The notes beneath the pieces were generated by a model. That model ran no database searches. It was given only the letters and a program-made list of their open reading frames with translations, and was not told where the DNA came from. Source: Mobula birostris (Eukaryota). Taken from it: 64,000 nucleotides of DNA. Where the stretch lies: contig NC_092379.1 in NCBI RefSeq assembly GCF_030028105.1, positions 16,504,719 to 16,568,718 of the forward strand. Direction: 5' to 3'. Below, piece after piece: positions 59,236-64,000 of this stretch (positions are counted from its first letter, which is position 1; each line of letters starts with the position of its first letter). Both the position numbers and the translations under genes were made by a program.

Positions 59236-62200
59236 CTCAGTGCACAAGTGTAGACCACACAACATGCATGGGTCCCTGGGGCTCTCTGTTCACCCCTGCT
59301 CTTCCAACTCTCTGTGTCCTTCTCCTGGGTGACTTGGGTGATTCTATCTAAACCTTCTGGGATGGAATGACCTCTTGTCAATGGTGCAATCAGAACTTCC
59401 CCTTTCCTTCACAGGAGCTGGACCTCCTCCAGTTCTGATGGGGAAGAAGAGGGTATTTCAAACCATGTAGTCACAGGACTTGCTGACAAGACACAGAAGA
59501 CTCAGCAAAGTTGTGCATCAACAATCTGTCATCAAAGTTCCCCACTGCCCGGCCAAGACATCTCTCAGCTCCCATTGGGCAGGAGGCACTCAGGCTGGAA
59601 GTTCCACACTGCCCTGTTCAGGAACAGCTGTTTCCCCTCAACTATTTGACTCTCAATCCGACTGGCACGAGCCTAAATCACCATGACAACTTCGCCCTAC
59701 AACAGACTTTGTTCCAAAACATGTTCTGGGCTGCATCGCAGTTTGGTGTTGCAGCTCGAATGCACAGGAATGTGAGAAGGTGCAGGAAGTCGCGGTCTCA
59801 GCCCGGCAGATAACGGGCTCGTCGCTCCCCACCATCAGTAGTATCTGTAGGAGGCGTCGTGTCGGGAGTCCAACACCCACCCACCTGGGCCAGGCCATCT
59901 TCTCACAGCTCCCATCGGGCAGGGGTTACTGAACCCTGGACACCCAGACCACCAGGTTCAAGAACAACTATTTCCCTTCAACCATTCGGTTCTTGAACCA
60001 ATGGGCAAGACCCTGCCCGTTACCACAGTACAGCGACACTGTGACCACCCTGCTCTCCAATGGACTTCGCTTTTCATTCCAATTGTGTTTTCTCATCAAT
60101 AAAATTGTGTGGAATACATGTTTACGGGATGTTATATGGCACAGTCATAGAGAAGTACAGCACAGAAACAGGCCCTTCGGCCCATCTACTCCGTGCCAAA
60201 CCATTTAAACTGCCTAGTCCCATCAGCCTGCGCCGGGACCAGAGCCTCCAATACTGCTACCATCCATGCACCTATCCAAACTTCTCTTAAATGTTGAAAT
60301 CGAGCTTGCATGCACCACTTGTGCTGGCAGCCCGTTCCACACTGTCACCACCTTCTGAGAGACGAAGTTTTCCCTCATGTTCCCCTTCAACTGTTCACCT
60401 TTCACCCTTAACCTACGACCTCTGGTTGTAGTCCCACCCAACCTCAGTGGAAAAAGCTTGCTTGCATTTACCCTGTCTGTACCCCTCATAATTTTGCCTA
60501 CCTCTATCAAATCTCCTCTCAAGAATACAGCCCCAACCTATTCAATCTTTCCTTATAACTCAGGTCCTCCAGACCCAACAACATCCTTGTAATTTTTCTC
60601 TACTCTTTAGAACTTATTGACATCTCTCCTGTCGGTAGGTGACCAAAACTGCATACAAAACTCCAAATTAGGCCTTACCAACGTCTTACTCTATTTCAAG
60701 GCTCAGCATTATCTCCGTATTTAATATTCTATTCCCCTTGAAATAAATGCCAACATTCCATTTGCCTTCTTTGGCACAGACTCAACCTATAAATTAACCT
60801 TCAACAAGTCTTGCACAAGGACTCCCAAGTCCCTCGGCACCCCTGATGTTTGAATTTTCTCCCCATTTAGATAACAGTCCGCACTATTATTCCTTTTGCC
60901 AAAATGCACTATCGTACATTTCCTAACACTGTATTCCATCTGCCACTTTTTTTGCCCATTTCCCTAGTTTCCATTTTCTGTTCCCCATTTCGCCAGTTTC
61001 TAGTTTCTGTTTACGAAGTTCCCCAGTTTCTGGTTTCTGTTTCCCAGTTTCCTGACTTTCCGGCGTCTGTTTCCCAGTTTCCTTTGCCATGTGACTCCCT
61101 GCCTCCACCTGAAGACACTCCCTGGAATGGACCTGGGGGCTGGAGTTATTAGGAGACAATGGACAGTCTGGGACATTTCCCGGGAGTGAAGGAAGCCAAG
61201 GGACAACAATACCAATGCTTATAAAACCATGAGGGGTGTTGATAAGAGACGTTTCCTCAGGGCAAGGAAGTCTAAAACTAGAAAGTGAAAGGGTGAAGAT
61301 TTAAAAGGTTTATAAAATCCTGATTGAAGTTTAGAAGATTATGAGAGGCATAGATAGGGTAAACAGCCGGTAACCTTCTCCCCTGGGAGGAGATGTCAAC
61401 TACCAGTGGGTGCACTTTTAAGGTGGGGGGGGGGGATAAGTTCAAAGAAGAGTTCTTTTGCGAAGAGAGTTGGTGGTGTCTGGAATGTGCAGTGTGGGGT
61501 GGTGGTGGAGGCAGATACAACAGAGGCATTTAAGGGGCTGTTGGACTGACACATGGATAGGGAGCATGTGCAGCAAGATGGGATTTAGTTGTATTTGACG
61601 TTGGACTTGGCACGGACATCTAAGTTCCAAGTCCAAAGCAGGCTGATTATCAAAGGACACATATGTCACCGTATACAATCCTGAGATTAATTTCCTTGTG
61701 GGCATTCACAGGAAACACAGCAGAATCAATGAAAGTCTCCACGCGATGACGGGCAAACAACCCAATGTGCAAAAGACAACAAGTTGTGTAAATACAAAAA
61801 AGAAAATAAAGCAACATAATTAATAAATAGATAAAAAGGGGAAAAAACTAAGTAATTAATAATATAAGTTGAAGAGTCCTTGAAAGTGAGTCTGTAGCTT
61901 GTAGAATCAGTTCAGTGTTGGGGGGAGTGAAATTATTCACACTGGTTCCTGATGGTCGAGGGGTAGTAACTACTCCTGGACCTGGTGGTGCAGGTCCTGA
62001 GGCTCCTGTACCTCCCTCCTGATGGCAGCAGCGAGGAGAGAGGAGAGCATGGCCACACAGGGTCACGCACTACGGAAGCAGGCCCATTGGCCCAAGCCAA
62101 CCCAGATTCCCATTGGCCCATGCCAACCTTGATTCCCATTGGCCCATGCCAAGCTAGATTCCCACTGGCCTGTGCCAACCTAGATTCCCATTGGCCCATG

Positions 62201-64000
62201 AACCTCCAGACCTTTCCTATCCATGGACTTGTCCAACTGTCTTTTAATGTACAGGGAGTGGCTGAGAGGAATAAGATTTTATTCCTTGGAGTGTAGGAGA
62301 CTGAGGGGTGACTATATAGAGGTGTACAAAACAATGAGGGGCACAGATAGGGTGAATGCCCGCAGCCTTTTTCCCCAGGGTTGGGGAATCACAAACCAGT
62401 GGGCACAGGTTTAAGGTGAGAGGGGCAAGAATAGGAACCCGAGGGGCAGCTTTTTCACCCGGGCGTTTGTCCGAACATGAAATGAGCTGCCAGAGGAAGT
62501 GCTTGAAGCAGGTACATTAATAACATTTAAAGGGGACTTGGATAGGAAAGGCTTAGAGAGATCTAGGCCAAACACAGATGGAGGGGAGTAGCTGGGATGG
62601 CAACCGTGGTAGGGCTGAAGGGGCTATGTGTGAATATATGATAGGAAAGGTTTTAGGGCATATTCTGGAGTTATGGAATATAGCAAATATTAATTTCAGC
62701 ATTGACCTGTCTTCAGACCTGAATGTGGATTGTAGATTGAGTTTAAAATGCAGCTCAGAACAATGGTCTTCTTGGAACTGCAGACTGGGATCGATTGCAA
62801 ACCAGGAAAGTCACCATGGACCTGAGATGTCTGCATATGCATGAAGGCAACTAAGAGACAGTGGTGATTAACATTCAGTCTTGGGTGTTGGTGTGAAGAA
62901 CTAGGTGTTTGAAAACTATACATAACTCAAAGGGAGCATTATGAATGCATTGTATCAATAGAAATTGTCCTACAATGTCATCTAACGTTGGGGTTGGGGA
63001 GCCTCTTCTTCGAAGAATGTCTCCCGTATGATGCCTGGTTGTTGTGCAGAATAAGAGCTTCTATATCCACCAGCTTCAGTGTCTCCCGGTGACTTCATTC
63101 ACAGCCACAACAGGCTAACGTGGGTCAAACGCAGGCAGCCAACGTAATGAAAGACCCTACCCACCCCAGATGTTCTCTCTTCTCCCCTCTCCCTTCGGGC
63201 AGAAGATACAGACTCCTGAAAGCACGTCCCACCAGGCTCAAGGACCAGCTTCTGCCCCACTGCTATCAAACACTTGGACGGTCCTCTTGTACGGTAAGAC
63301 TGACCCTTGACCTCCCAACCTACCTCATTAGGATCTTGTATCTTATCCTTTCCCTGCACTGCACTCTTCCCTGTGGCTGTGACACTTTATCCTGCATTCT
63401 GTTACTGCTTTAGCTCGTTCTACCTCAATGCACTCTGTAATAATCTGATCTTTATGAACTGTGTGCAAGACAAACTTCTCACTGTATTCGGTACTTGTGA
63501 CAGTAATAAACCAACTTACTGACTCCACAGAAGTTTATAAAATTAAGACAGGCACAGACAGACGGGCTAGTGTCTTTTCACAGAAATAAAATCTACAGCA
63601 CATTACAGGAAGGGTGTGGGGGCTTTGGAGAGGGTGCAGAGGGGCTCGCCAGGATGCTGCCTGGATTAGAGGACAGGAGCTGTATGAAGACGTTGGACAA
63701 GGTTGTTTTCTCTGGAGTTAAGGAGGGCGAAGGGAGACCTGACAGAAGTCTATCGATTATGATGGGCAAAGATGGGGTAGACAGTCGGTATCTTTCTCCG
63801 CAAGGTGGAAAGATCGAATACCAGGGGGTGTGAATTTCAGATGGGAGGGGGAGTTTGTGTTTACACAGAGAGTGGTGGGTGCCTGGAATATCCCGCCAGG
63901 GGTGGTGTTGGAGGCAGACTGGCCATCATTTGTCTGGTATGGAGGGGCTGCTGCACGGGACCGAAAGAAGCTGCAGAGGGTTGTAAATCTAGTCAGCTCC

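Noticed and set aside
59268-59351. Signal-peptide-like ORF MGPWGSLFTPALPTLCVLLLG on the plus strand
   Set aside because: It is on the wrong strand for the C1 gene, the donor is weak, and joining to the acceptor at ~59414 reaches a stop quickly. No downstream exons were found.
60950-62215. Short tandem repeats (TTTCCCAGTTTC-like at ~60960-61085; ~26-bp CCCATTGGCCCATGCCAACCTAGATT at ~62085-62205)
   Set aside because: They are local slippage expansions inside CR1-derived sequence, with no sign of function.

Overview
Repeat-dense vertebrate genomic DNA. The repeat families (CR1, Penelope-like, Rex1/Babar, RTE, V-SINE, GC-rich minisatellites) suggest a cartilaginous fish, probably a batoid; this is an inference. 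There are two host genes in convergent orientation. (1) A complete 6-exon purine nucleoside phosphorylase gene (PNP, + strand, CDS 3693-7725, 293 aa) with a CpG-island promoter. (2) A minus-strand immunoglobulin-superfamily gene (about 35834-48562, possibly extending 5' to about 58.7 kb or beyond the window). It has one divergent C1-set exon, five near-identical tandem C1-set exons (four intact, one truncated at an RTE fragment), a transmembrane exon and a short cytoplasmic exon. No V exon, J segment or complete RSS is visible, so it looks like a recently expanded, possibly non-rearranging antigen-receptor-like C1 array. Between the genes lie a full-length Nimb/I-group LINE with RNase H (14-bp TSD, one frameshift in a G run), an inverted pair of non-autonomous hAT elements inside one CR1, and Penelope-like elements carrying minimal hammerhead ribozyme motifs. 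All exon calls come from manual reading of splice signals and frames; no database search was run.
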